Position numbers and translations under genes: made by a program. A stretch of DNA of 63,936 bases, filler included. It is 10 parts of 10 records of this genome, joined end to end, with 100 filler letters (N's around TTAATTAATTAA, not from the genome) between each part and the next. Parts side by side here need not be neighbours in the genome. Positions count along the whole stretch, not along the records: positions 1 to 8,122 come from SRR7504441_2987; positions 8,223 to 15,628 come from SRR7504441_2991; 8 more parts are not named here. The stretch is one strand, 5' to 3'. The notes below the pieces were generated by a model. It made no database searches, was not told the DNA's origin, and was given only the letters and a program-made list of their open reading frames with translations. Shown in pieces: positions 1 through 11,810 of the stretch (the first letter of the stretch is position 1; every line of letters starts with the position of its first letter).

Positions 1-1673
1 CGATGTCGGCGAGCGCCCAGATCCGGGCCAGGCCCTCGCGCGGAATCGACGGGAAGCTCCGCTCAAAGTGCCCCGCCACCCGCCCGCCGTCCAGCTTTGG
101 CTGGCCCTGTCCGAGCTGCCCAAAGTCTCGCTCAAATTGCGCCTTGTCGCGCGGGTCGATCAGCCCGAGCTGCAGCCCGCCCTGCTCGGTCTTGCTAGTG
201 CTGCCTGCTTCAAACGGATTGGCTGGCTGGCCAGGCATCCGGCTGGGCTGGGCAGAGGTCATCCCCGGGACCTGTTGGATAAGCCTGGGGATGTCGATGT
301 CGAGCGCTTCCTGCAGCCGGAGGATCTTGGACTTGGAGTAGGAGGGCAGGTCCCGGAACGACTTGCCAAACGCTCGGAGCTTGGCCTGCATCTGGCCCAT
401 GTGCGGGAAGTCGCCCACCGGGATGTTGTACTGGATCCGGACCTGCCCCCCGTCTGATGATGGCACCGGGCTGGATGCCTTGTTGAACTCGTTGTGAAGC
501 CCGTCGATCAGCTCCTTCTGCTTGTCGTCCTTCCCCCAGAGCATGGGCATCTCGTTCTGCAGATGTCCGATGATCAGTGCGTGCGTCCTCGCCATCCGGA
601 CCCGCTTGATGAACTCATTCACCTTCCGGAGCGCCGCGTTCTTGGGCAGCGACCTCAGGTCGTCGATCAAGTCCTTCTTCTCGGCCTCAAACAGCTCGGC
701 ATTGGCCGCTCCGACTGGGTTGATAGGCCTATCCCAAAACGATCCTAAGTACACCCGGCACACCTCGGGCGTGTTGAAGCACTTGCCGAGCGACCACATG
801 AGCGCCCCGTGCACCCGCATCAGCTGCTGCGGGTCGACCGAGTCGCTCTTGTTGAGCACAACCCGTATCTTGTCATCGTGCCCGCGGAGCTGGTCTATGC
901 ACATCTTGAACTCATCGGAGATGTCCAGCTTGTGCGCATCGAACAGCAGCAGGATTCTGTCCACCCGGTCCGCGAACCACTTGACCACCTCTGGGAAGTT
1001 GTAGTTACGCCCCACCTGCGCCCGCTCACTGGCTAGAAGCTGCTGACGGGGTCACCCGCTGTTTCTCTCCACTGAGCACGCCCGGGGTGTCAATCAGGGT
1101 GATCCGCTCGAGCAGCGGGCTGGGCATCACGCACGCCTCGAACTTAGACAGGAACCCGGTCCCCTGCGAGGAGAGCCCTCCGAACGGCATGGTGGGCTCG
1201 AGCGCCAGCGCGTTCCCGGGGATGGTTTTCTCCTCCGGGCCGGCCAGCAGCGCCATGAACCGGTCGGTGGTGGGCTCCGGTCCGATCCTGGCGCCCCGAA
1301 AGTCCTGCCCGAGCAGGTGCCGGATGAAGGTGGTCTTGCCCACGGAGTACTGGCCCATAAGCATGACCATCGGCCGGGCGCGCAGCTCTCCGTCGGTCAG
1401 GATCGCCGAGTGGAAGCTCGGGAACAGGAACTTGTCCTCGAGCGCCATCACCTTGTTCCGGTAGATGTCGATCAGTCCGTTGGTGATGTGGTCGAACACA
1501 ACGTCCGAGTCGCTCTGCATCACCGGGTGGTGGGGGAGTGCCCCGCCCTCCCCCGGGGCCCCGGAGCTGTTGGCGCCTGGGCCCTTGGGGCTCATCTGCT
1601 GCTGCATCAGATCCTGGACCGTCTCGTATGCCGGCGGCGCGAACGTAGGGATGGGTCCGTCGTCTTTATCCAT
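1..1673 (-). CDS. EHD1: EH-domain-containing dynamin-like ATPase (EHD/RME-1 family), 3' end beyond the window edge
   Basis: P-loop GQYSVGKT, IGPEPTTDRF, LIDTPGVLSGEKQR. A 40-nt GT-AG intron (1016-1055) joins to VGRNY. EH-like IWALADI at the window edge. ATG at 1673. Confidence 0.92.
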
Positions 1674-2012
1674 TGCACACGGCCGGGCTGCAGACACGGC
1701 TCCGGGGCCTCGGTTAGAATCCGCGGAAGACAATCTCTCGAGCAACGGACGCCTTGATGTTGCAATGCCCCCTCCGCCCCTCCGCCTCCTGGCGCTGACG
1801 TATCTAACATCTGACTCTCAGCACCTACACAGCACCTCCCTTACACCTCCCTCGATCTATTACCGTACTAATATCGCGGTCGACGTGTACGGCGATATCG
1901 AGGCGACTAAGCGGAGACGAGTATGGGATCTATTGTAAACTGGTCACAATAAGCGTGGCCGACTCTAGCCGGTGTCTAGCCGGTACACAGTGTACAATAG
2001 GTCTCCCGTGCA

Positions 2013-5000
2013 CTAGCACTCGGACAGCTTGAGCCGAGGGACCACGTTCATGCTCTGCAGCTCCTGAAAGAGCAGCTTGCAGGCGTACGGGATCTGCAGC
2101 TCGCACATGGCCTCGCTGCTGTTGCAGTGCTGGCAGCGGGCCGCCCCCTGGGCCTTGTACCCCATCAGCCCGCACCGACCGCACACTTGAATCTGGAATC
2201 CGTCGCTCGAGAGCATCAGTCGCTCGTTGATTAGCATCGCCGCCCCGTACCCGATCAGGCAATCGCGCTCCATCTCGCCCAGCCGGAGCCCTCCGTCCCG
2301 GGCCCGGCCCTCGGTCGGCTGCCGAGTGAGCACGGCCCTTGGGCCTCTGGCGCGGGCGTGCATCTTGTCCATCACCATGTGCTTGAGCTTCTGGTAGTAG
2401 ATCGGTCCCTGGAAGATGTAGGCCGACAGTGGCTGCCCGGTGATCCCCGAAGTCAGGTAGTCCTTCCCGCCGTAGTTGAACCCGGCCTCGACCAGCATCC
2501 GGCTGCACTCCTCCACCGGGGTGCCCCCAAACACAGTCCCGTACCCGTGCTTGCCGTGCAGCACCCCCGACTTGCCCGCGAGCAGCTCAATCATCTTGCC
2601 CACCGTCATCCGCGACGGGAAGCCTGCACAGCACGCTCGGCCCCCAGCCTCTTCACAGGCTGGCACCGTGCGGGTTCATGATGATGTCGGGGCAGATCCC
2701 AAGGTCCGAGAACGGCATGTCTTGCTGGGGCACGATCGTCCCGACCACCCCCTTCTGCCCATGCCGCGAGCTGAACTTGTCTCCCAGCTCCGGCCGCCGG
2801 CTGGTCCTCACTAGCATCTTGATCAGCCGCTCGTCGTTCTGGTTGAGCGTGAAAGCCACCTGCCGCACCGGATCAGCCGCCGCCTTCCCTGTGGGTTGCC
2901 TTGTCCATGAACGTGTCGTGGTGGTCGGCCCCCTTGTACCGCACCAGCGTGTCTCTGTACTGTGAGCTGGGCAGGTTGGCCGGGTCCTGCACTGTCTCGC
3001 CGCCGCCGGTCACCCGCGGGCTCTGCTTGTAGATCAGCACGTCTTTGTCCCGCAGCCGAGCCCCCACCGCCACGTACCCGTCCCCGTCGAGCGCCGCGCA
3101 GTCCCGTCGAGCCGGACTGGTCGGCGGGCAGACCACGCGGTCGGCCGTCCCGTTGCTGTACCTCTTGAGGATGGTCTGCACCTTCCGGAACACCGCGCAC
3201 CGCCCGAACCCGCGGTCGAGCGAGGCTTGGTTCATCACGAGCGCGTCCTCGATGTCGTAGCCTGAGAAACTCATCACGGCCACGATCGCGTTGCTCCCAG
3301 CCGGCAGCTGCTCAAAGTGGATCATTTCTATGGTGCGGGTCTTGACCAGCGGCTTCTGCGGATAGACCAGCAGGTGGAGCACAGTGTCAAACCGGTTGAG
3401 CTGGTTGTACCCGATCGCGCCCATCGCCTGCTTGCCCATTGCACACTGGTACGTGTTGCGCGGCGACTGGTTGTGGTGTGGGTAAGGGATCAGCCCGGCC
3501 ACCGCCCCGAGCAGGCAGAGCGGCTCGATCTCGAGGTGGGTGCTCTGGCCCACCACCAGATCCTTCTCGCGCACTGCAATGTATGCAGAGTTCTCCTCGT
3601 TCACGTCCAGGTACTCCATCACGCCGGCCTTGACCAAGTCGCTGAACCCAATCAACCCCTCCGCGATCTCCAGGATGTGCCGCTGCAGCAGCCGCGACTT
3701 GCCGTCCTCGCCAACAATAATCAGAGGCCTGCCCCGGCTCACATACCGCCCAGCCGGCAGCCCACCGGCAGACCCGGCCGGCGTCGGTGGCGATGTTGAC
3801 GGTGCGCATGGCGTGGTGAACATACATTGAGACAAACTCGCCGATGTGGCCCTTCCGGCGCACAGTCCTCAGCTGTTGGATGAACTCTAACGGCTGGCTG
3901 TGCAGCCCGATGATCAGCCCGTTCAAGAAGACTGTGTACCCCTGCACCCGGGCTGGGCGGGCGGACCAGCCGGAGGCACCTGCTGGTATTCTTCGCCGCT
4001 CACCAGCGAGATGTCCTGCACTCCGAGGTTGAAGCAGAGCAAAGCCACCTGCCACCAGTCAGCTCTTCTCCGCAGCCCAGCCGAGCACCGGCTTCCAGTC
4101 GCCCTCGGTGGTGATGTGCGTGGTGAGCGCAAGGTTTTTGATCAGGCCGCACGCCTCGCCCTCGGGCGTGTCGGACGGGCAGAGCATGCCCCACTGCGAA
4201 GGCTGGAGAGAGCGCGGGCCGGACACCTTGCGCGTCTTCTCGAATTGACTAGCCACCCGGGTCATCATCCCGAGCCCCGAGATGAACGACAGCCGCGAGA
4301 GCACCTGGGTGACCCCGGCCCTTGCCATGTTGAACCGCTTGATGTTCCAGTTGCCTGTCGAGAGCGAGGAGACCAGCCCGTTCGAGATGAAGTCGCGCTG
4401 GATCAGCCGGAGCGCGTCGTACGGCGCGGCCCGGTTCTGCTTGGCCAGGTCCTTGTCCAGCTGGAGCTTGAGGTTGTGGTTGAACCGCTTGAACAGGTCC
4501 TCGAACAGCAGAGCCACCAGCTGGCCTGCCAGCTCCAGCCGCTTGTTCCCGTAATAGTCTTTATCATCCAAAAAGGACGGATCGCGCTGCGCCATCAGCA
4601 CCCGGCGGGTCATCTGGGCCATGTACACGCATTTGGGGTGGAAGTTGACCCGGTGCCCGCCTATTGTGTACACCGGCACGTGGCAAAGCACCACAGAGGC
4701 CAGGATCTCATATGCCTCATCCGCCTTCGGCTTGCCCCGGTTCGATGGCTTGCCATACTTGGTGCGGAGCGAGCGGACTTTGGAGCCGATGAACTCGAGC
4801 GCCTGGCCGGCCGACACGATCGAGTGCTTCTGGGCCTCCTCGATCGAGGGCAGCAGCATGTCGGCATACGGGTGCTCCGACCCGACCAGCTGGAGGATCT
4901 CCTGGTCTGACTCCATACCCATAGCCTTGAGCACGATCACCAACGGAATGTCGTCGTTGAACGAGTTGAGGCTGACGTACAGCCGGCCATGCTTGACCAC

Positions 5001-5952
5001 GATCCGCGTCTTGACCTTGCGCTGTGCAGTGGATGAGGCACATGAGGCGCAAAGGTTGCCCTTGTGGTCCTTCTCTATGATAATTCTGTTCTTGCTCAAC
5101 TGTTCCTGGATCAGGATCACCCGCTCCACCCCCTTGGCGATGAAGTAGCCCCCAGGGTCGCACGGGCATTCGCCCATCTGCGCCAGCTCCGCGTCGCTCT
5201 TGCCTGCCACACGACTCAGCCAGCTTTCCACCCGCAGCATGACCGGTCAGCGCGCACTGGCAGGAGCGGAGCATGATGGGCATCCAGCCGATCACGCAGT
5301 CTGTCTGCCGACGGACCACCTGCCCGGCTTGCGGCCCCGCCCGTGCCGCTCGCTGTCACCTGCCCGCACGTGTACTCGACGTCCACACATATCGGAGCCG
5401 CGTACGTCAAGTCCCGGATCCGGCACTGGAACGGCGTCACCTGGTAGAACGACAGCTCGTCCTGGATCTGCCCCGCGCTCGCCACCCTCCGCCCGCGTCG
5501 CACCGTGGGCGATCCGACCCGCACCGCCTTGTACTTAAGGTAGAAGCCGGGGTCAGCGTCTGTGACCACCTGGCCGGGCGGTGGGCCGGCGCCGGGCGGG
5601 TGGGGCGCCTTGCTGTTGGCGGCCACGATCTCCTGGATCCCGTGCCGCACGAAGTAGTCGAAGGAGTCGATGTGCTGCAGCCGCTCGCCGGCGCCCCGCC
5701 CCCGGCCCGGACCTGCTTGACCAGCCCCCGGCACTTGAGGAATGCCGGCAGCAGCCGCCACTTCTCCTCCGACGAGCTGCCCCGGGCTCGCCCAGGCCCG
5801 GCTGGGCCGGCTGCCTGACGGGGGCGGTCAGCTTGTCCGGGTCGTCCAGCGCGTCGTAGCTGCACCGACCGGTCAGCCGCCGCACAGCCCGGGGGCGCGC
5901 ACAGCTGCTCGATGTCGCGGCCTGACGTGAGCGGCGTGCTGGTGCTGTCCAT
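2013..5952 (-). CDS. POLR3B: RNA polymerase III second-largest subunit (RPC2), 12 introns of 36-43 nt
   Basis: Motifs [57 protein letters not shown]. The RPC2-type N-terminus [22 protein letters not shown] is restored after splicing. Confidence 0.95.
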
Positions 5953-6519
5953 TGCCCTCCCCCGCCACAGGCAGCCCCGCCGCCGCGAAGCCCCACAGGC
6001 ACCAGAGGCGCCCGGCCTGTGCTGCGCCTGCGGCTCAGTGAGCGGTTGTAGCGAAGTGGCCGCGCGCTGACAGCCTGACACTAGCCTGACACAATCAGAG
6101 CTCGAGCGTGAGTGACCAACTTTGGTAGTCTTGAGCACTAGCGACGTGGCGACGTCAACATCATCGTCAACATCATCGCATCATCACCCAGGTGGCACTT
6201 CATAGGCACTCGGGCACTTCACGATACGATAAGCTCTTCCTCCTCCTCCTCGCATTTATTATATAAAATGAGGCCAACTCCGGACGTTCTATCATGTGCT
6301 CGTCGGATTGCGCCGCTCTCGCTGTGGTCGAATCTATGGTGCTTAGACTACTCGCTATATGCACCGGTTGTCGCTACAATATCGCTACAGGCGCACAGGT
6401 CGCGCACATGAGCTGATGAGCTCTGAGGGAGCCTCCAGAGAAAGCCAACGGGCCTGTTTGCATCAGGATCCGGAGCAGGGAACAGGCATTGCCCTAGGGC
6501 GCACCGGCCTCCCGGTGGG

Positions 6520-8122
6520 ATGGAGACGCCGGACCACGCTCTCGAGGAGAGCCCAGACACGTCGCAGCCCGCGCCCGAGCCCGCGCCCGAGCCGGAGCCG
6601 GCCGCGTCCGAGCCCGAGCCGGCAAAAGCCTCCGCGGTACGCTGCGGCACCCTGGGCCTAGTGCCGACTGGCCGGCTGGGTTGCGCGTCGGCCGAGCTGG
6701 CTGGGCTCGCTCGATGGCTGGGGCAGGCGCCGGCGACGGGAGGGGATGTGATCCGTTACTCGCTCGAGGCGCTGCTAGCGCTCAAGGCAGCTGGCCCGGG
6801 GTGCAGCGCGGAGCCGGGGGCAGGACCAGCCGGCGCCGCTTGAGATGGTGGCGATGGACTGCCCGCCGGAGATCGACATAAACAAGGTCGGGTTCGTCAC
6901 CTCCCGCGGCAAAAACCTCAACGCCCGCGGGTGCCGCTCCCCCGGGGGGCAGCCTGAACCGCCGGGGGGCAGTACGCTATCAGCGGCGTTCGAGGCGGCG
7001 CGGCAGGACGGGGAGGCCTCCTCCAGCCCGGACGCGGGGCCCCAGCCGGCCTGGAAGGCAGCCCGGCACCGGCTGGCCTGGCCGAGCAGCCTGCAGGCGA
7101 GGCCGTGGTCTGAGCGATCATCGGCCCTTCCCCCTGGCAGCGGCCGGGTGCGGCTGTCGAATGCAGCCGGGCTGACCGGCCGGCAGCGGTTCGAGGGAGC
7201 GGGCAAGCAACGCGACGGTCGGTCGAGCGCGCGGCCGGAGTGGGGGCGCGACAGACCCGGTCGCGAGAGAGGTGGGCGTGGCGACAGGGCGCGGCGAGAC
7301 GAGCCTGGGAAGCAAGATGCTCGGCTGCGGGAGCCCAAGGGCAAGCAGCAGGAGCGGCGGGGGCGGAAGGAGGACCTGTGGGACCTGTCGGACATGTCCT
7401 CGCCGGGCCAGCTTGTGCAGCACCAATTCAATGATTCTGAGAAAGTGCTCCAGCCTTTCTTTATGGCGGAGCCGGGTGCCAACCCTGAGCCGGCCCCGAG
7501 CCTGCCGGCCGCCAGCGCCAGGACCTCGCGGTTCTCCAAGATGTTCGCCACTCCGACCGACTCTGCTCAGGCTCCTGAGTCGGGCGGCGCCATGCTAGAC
7601 CAGCTGTTCGCTTCAGCAGGGAAAGCGACCAGCGAGCCGCCCGCTGGCTCGAAGCCTGCTGGCTCGATGCCCACTGAAGCCGAGATGCTGAGCAAGATGG
7701 GCGTGCCCCAACCGAGTCCGATCCCCCAGCCGCCCAAGGAGGCGGGAGACCCAAAGCAGATGATGCGTTTGCTTCAGCCGGCGCTGTTTAACCAGCAGCA
7801 AAAGCCCAGCGCACAAAACAAGCCGCAGCAGCCGCAACAGCACAAGTCGCAGCAGCCGCAGCAGCAGAAGCCGCAGCCGCAACAGCAGAAGCCGCAGCAG
7901 CCGCAGCAGCACAAGTCGCAGCCGCCGCAGCCGATGATGGCCGGGCAGCCGCCCCCGATCCCAGGGATTGGGCAGGTTGGGCCTCCGCCGCCTTTGATGT
8001 CGGGCGGTCAGACGTTCAACCCGGGTCAGTTCTTCAACATGTTCAGTGGGCAGGTCGGGCCTCCTATCAGCGGTGGGCAGGTCGGCCCGCCCGCCCCGAT
8101 CAACATGGCAGGATTCCCCCCG
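6520..8122 (+). CDS. eIF4E-binding low-complexity protein, 4E-T (EIF4ENIF1)-like; truncated at contig end
   Basis: YxxxxLPhi motif RYSLEALLALK (6754-6786), RG-rich region, SRFSKMF (7526-7546), Gln/Pro-rich tail. About 5 introns inferred, including GC-AG 6787-6823, which restores the frame. Confidence 0.55.
7795..7932 (+). repeat. Coding imperfect tandem repeat (CAG/AAG/CCG) encoding Q/K/P-rich tract
   Basis: Repeated aagccgcagcag / aagtcgcagcag units; translation KPQQPQQHKSQQPQQQKPQ. Confidence 0.85.
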
Positions 8123-8222
8123 NNNNNNNNNNNNNNNNNNNNNNNNNNNNNNNNNNNNNNNNNNNNTTAATTAATTAANNNNNNNNNNNNNNNNNNNNNN
8201 NNNNNNNNNNNNNNNNNNNNNN
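8123..8222. other. Artificial contig spacer (N44-TTAATTAATTAA-N44)
   Basis: 100-nt linker with stops in all six frames; identical copies elsewhere in the window. Confidence 0.99.
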
Positions 8223-8236
8223 CAGCGCCGAGCCAG

Positions 8237-8622
8237 TCACCCCTTGTTGTCCTTGTCCCCCTCGCTATTCCTTTGCGCCAGAAAGTCGCTGACGCACTGG
8301 TTGTACCTACACCCGAGCTCAGTATGGGCTTCCAAGCTATCCGCCGCACCTCTTGAGCAGCTCGTCGCACTTTTTGGGACTGTACAGGTTCCGCTGCAGC
8401 CGGGCTCAGTCACGGGCGGTGGCCGGCGGGCCGCCTGCAGGCAGCGCTGGAGCTCGCATGCCAGTGGCTGGCAGTGCTTCTCCGCATCCGATCGCTCATC
8501 CTTGGCCCCGAATTTCTTAACTCCCCGCTTGTCGTACCTGCGCGCCGCTTGCCCGGTGGCGCGGGCTGCCGGCACCCTCCAGCCTCGGTCCCCGCCCCCA
8601 GCCGGGCGGCTCCGTAGCCCAT
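8237..8622 (-). CDS. CMC4: Twin Cx9C mitochondrial intermembrane-space protein (CMC4/p8MTCP1-like), 3 introns
   Basis: Spliced product ...HCQPLACELQRCLQRNLYSPKKCDELLKRYNQCV... has Cx9C-x10-Cx9C spacing with the extra CMC4-type Cys. An alternative in-frame ATG lies at 8664. Confidence 0.75.
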
Positions 8623-8766
8623 CGGGTGTCCTCCGGTGGTGTTCCGTTGGGGAGTTTCCAACATGGCAGCCTCGACCTGAGCGGCGCCTTGCCGGGTAAA
8701 GACTCAGCGCGCATTGCCGGGGGCGGGGCCGGGTGAGGACTCGCGCGGGGAGCCGGGGCGGCAGCC

Positions 8767-9895
8767 ATGAGCATGGTGCGCCCGGGCGGCGGCCGGCCGG
8801 CCGAGCGGTCGGACCAGGTCTGCTGCTGCTTCTACAACACGCACACCGGGGACGTCCATGTGACCGAAAAGTGCGGAGTCAAGCACCGCGTGCTTAAGCC
8901 TGGGTAGCCGGCCGCCCGACGGCCGGGCGAGCCTGGAGGCAGGTGGTCGTGCATCAACCCATGCGTGTGTGAGCAGATAGTCGCCTCCGACACTCTCCGG
9001 GCCAAGATCCGCACTTTCAAATGCGAAGTGAAGACGCACGACGACGCGCTGGTCAACATCACCATCAACCTGGTCACCCGGATCTTGGACTTTGAGCAGG
9101 CGCCCCCCCTCCCCCCCCGCCGAGCCGAGCCGGGCCGCAGATGTACTACTCGTTGGCCAAGCCCAAGAGGCAAATCCGCGCCTATCTCGAGGACGTGCTC
9201 CGGTCCAAGTGCTCGGAGATGACCGTGGAGGACTTGTTCATTGCGCGGCAAGCCATCGCCGACCACGTCCGGGTCAATATGCAGGAGGACCTCACCCCAT
9301 ATGGGATTGAGATCTGCTCGTGTCTCCTGACTGACATCGAGGTTCAACTGCGCGAGGCGCTGGCCGAGCCGGGGCGGTCAGGTAAGTCCGTTGCTGCACC
9401 AAGCAATGACCCGGAAGGAAATCGCCAAACGGAATGTCAGCACCATCACCGACTTGGCCGAGGCGAAGAAGGTGCCCTGCCTCCGCGCACCTTCTGCTGA
9501 CCCCACCGCAGATAAAGCAAATAATAGCAGCGACCGGCGGTGCGGACCAGGCGGATCTCCGGGGCGCCGGGATAGCACGCGAGCGGGCCGCGTTGATCGA
9601 CGGGATCCGGGAGTCAGTCGAGTCTTTCTCAGGCAGGGTTTGAGCGTGCCAGGCCGTGCTGAGTGGTGCCGTGGCAGAGGCCGTGCACGGAGTGGAGCCA
9701 GAGATGGTCTACCAGGGGGTTCTGCTGTTGCAGTACCTGAACTCGCTCCAGAATATTGAGGGCAGGGAGGAGAAGCTGATCCTGCCCACGGGCGGCCGGT
9801 CAGTCGAGATGCTGATGGACGATTTGGTGGCCAAGCAGCAGTTTTGCGCGGCCAAGGACCTCAAGGAGTTTGGGGAAGTTATCCCGAGGGTCTAG
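8767..9895 (+). CDS. SPFH/Band-7 protein, hypersensitive-induced-response (HIR)-like, 6 introns
   Basis: Spliced MSMVCCCF...CEVKTHDDALVNI...QIRAYLEDVLRS...YGIEICSCLLTDIE...GAGIARERAALIDGIRESV...LLLQYLNSL. Confidence 0.85.
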
Positions 9896-10055
9896 AGCCA
9901 TAATGTACTAGGAGGCTTAGACATGCTGTATAGATACAAGCCCACTGAATGAATGACAGCAGCATCGCTTCCGTTACGTTACGCGTCCACCTGCCCACCG
10001 TCCACGCCTCACCGTCAGCTACCGTCCACACGCCTGCTTTCCTCCACTGTTCACA

Positions 10056-11598
10056 ATGAACGCGACCGAGGCGGCGACCGACACGCTGCTAGCCAACCCA
10101 ATCCTGGTGTTCGGCGCCTCGGCGGCCAACTCGCTGGCCGACATCATGGAAACGAGCTCCCTTGCGGTGGGTTTCAATCTGGTGACTACTACCATCGCGC
10201 TCCTGGTGCTCGAGTCGTTCCTCTCCTCGCTGGTCAAGCGCGAGAAGCAGTTCGCCCGGAAGACCAAGACCATGCTCGATGACCTGTTGCTCCACGTGAT
10301 CGGGCTGCTCTTCTCGCCGACCCCGCTCAGCGTGGTGGACGTGCACAGCTGGCACTCGATGGTCATCTGCACCACTTTCGGCGTGCTGCTCAATATCGGG
10401 AGCCGGGTGGCGCCCGAGACTCAGGCGTTCGTCATGCTCGTGCTCAAGGGCTCCCTGCTGCTCCGGATGGGCATGGGCCTCTCCGCCACGATGGAGGTGC
10501 TCCCTGTGACCGGCTCAGCAGCCAGCCGGCGGCCAGGAGAATCTCAAGTACTTGGCCGAGGGGTTCGCGCTGTCCGGATTCGAGGAGCGTGGGATGGTAT
10601 ATTTCGCAAAGGCTGCCCGGCTTGTGGTGTGGGGGTTCACTCTCACGCTGGTGAGCTCACGGCTCGCGCCCGGCTCAGCTGGTGGTGTAGGTAGGGAATG
10701 TTATGGGGTACGACACCAGCCAGCTCTTCAGCTTCCTCTCACTCAGCTCGATCACAGTTGGATTTGCGTTGCAGGGCTTTCTGAGCGACCTGATCGCCGC
10801 GATTACAATATTCGTCGACCGACCTTTTCAAGTCGGCGATTGGATCTCGATGGACTCGATTCCGGACGGCGCGGCCGGGCAGGTTAAGTGGGTCGGGCTC
10901 CGGAGCACCAAGCTCCGAGTGCGCGACATGGGACAGACGATTACGGTGCCCAATCATATGTTCACGAGCTCAATTGTGACCAACTACACGGTTGGATAGC
11001 AGGCCGGGCCGGCTCGATCGGCGTGCGCAGGTCCATCTTGACGAGGATGTACTGCTCCGGCAAGCGGACGCGTCGCACGACTACAACAACAGAGACACGC
11101 TTTCGTTCAGTGTGGCAGCAGTCGAGCGGTTCTCACAGCTGGAGCTTGCGGTTCGGATTGGGACTCCTCCGGATGTGCTTGAGGCAATCCCGCTGATGGT
11201 GGAGGGTGCGGCCGTATGGTGGCGTGGGCTGACTGGCGGCGGGCAGAGGCAATAGAGGAGAAGGGGGCGGTGTTTGAGGGCTGCTACCTCAAGGACGTCA
11301 CGCCTCGAGGGATTATATTCCACGCCATGTGACGGCACAGGTTGTGCGGGTCTGATCGGGGCGCAGGTTTACGATCAACAGGAGCGATATGGGCGAATAT
11401 AAGCAGATCAAGCAGCAAATCTTGCTTCGGGTGCTCCGTCAGGTGCATCGGAGCGGAGCGGCGCTGGTGGACGAGCACCACGTGTCGATGACCAAGACAA
11501 CGGGGGCTGCGGATGGCGTTGTGAGGAAGCCAACGGACTTTCATGATGCTTCTTCCTCCCTCCCCGGGTTTCATGATGCTTCTCGACCTCCGGGTTAA
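10056..11598 (+). CDS. MscS-family mechanosensitive channel, 5 introns
   Basis: VGFALQGFLSDLIAAITIFVDRPFQVGDWI...VGLRSTKLR...ITVPNHMF; several N-terminal TM helices. Confidence 0.88.
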
Positions 11599-11810
11599 CA
11601 TTTTGTTAGTCCCCCTCTGCCGCGGCCTCGAGGATTTACTAGTACTTTTTGACATTTTTGGTATATTTTTGGTAGTATGTATAGTTCTCATATCATTCAT
11701 TTATTAAAATACGTTGCACGAGCCCAGGGCTTCTACTACGTAAGCTTTGATATAAATTAGTAGTGCTACCGGTAGTGTACTTGTACGGTCATCACGCTAT
11801 CTGACGTAGA

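Noticed and set aside
2013-5952. Apparent frameshifts or pseudogenisation of RPC2 and other genes, or programmed frameshifting
   Set aside because: Every break examined is resolved by a 35-46-nt GT/GC-AG intron restoring conserved sequence.
8767-11598. HIR/SPFH plus MscS as a functional mechanosensing cluster
   Set aside because: Adjacency in a gene-dense eukaryotic genome is not evidence of an operon-like unit without synteny data.
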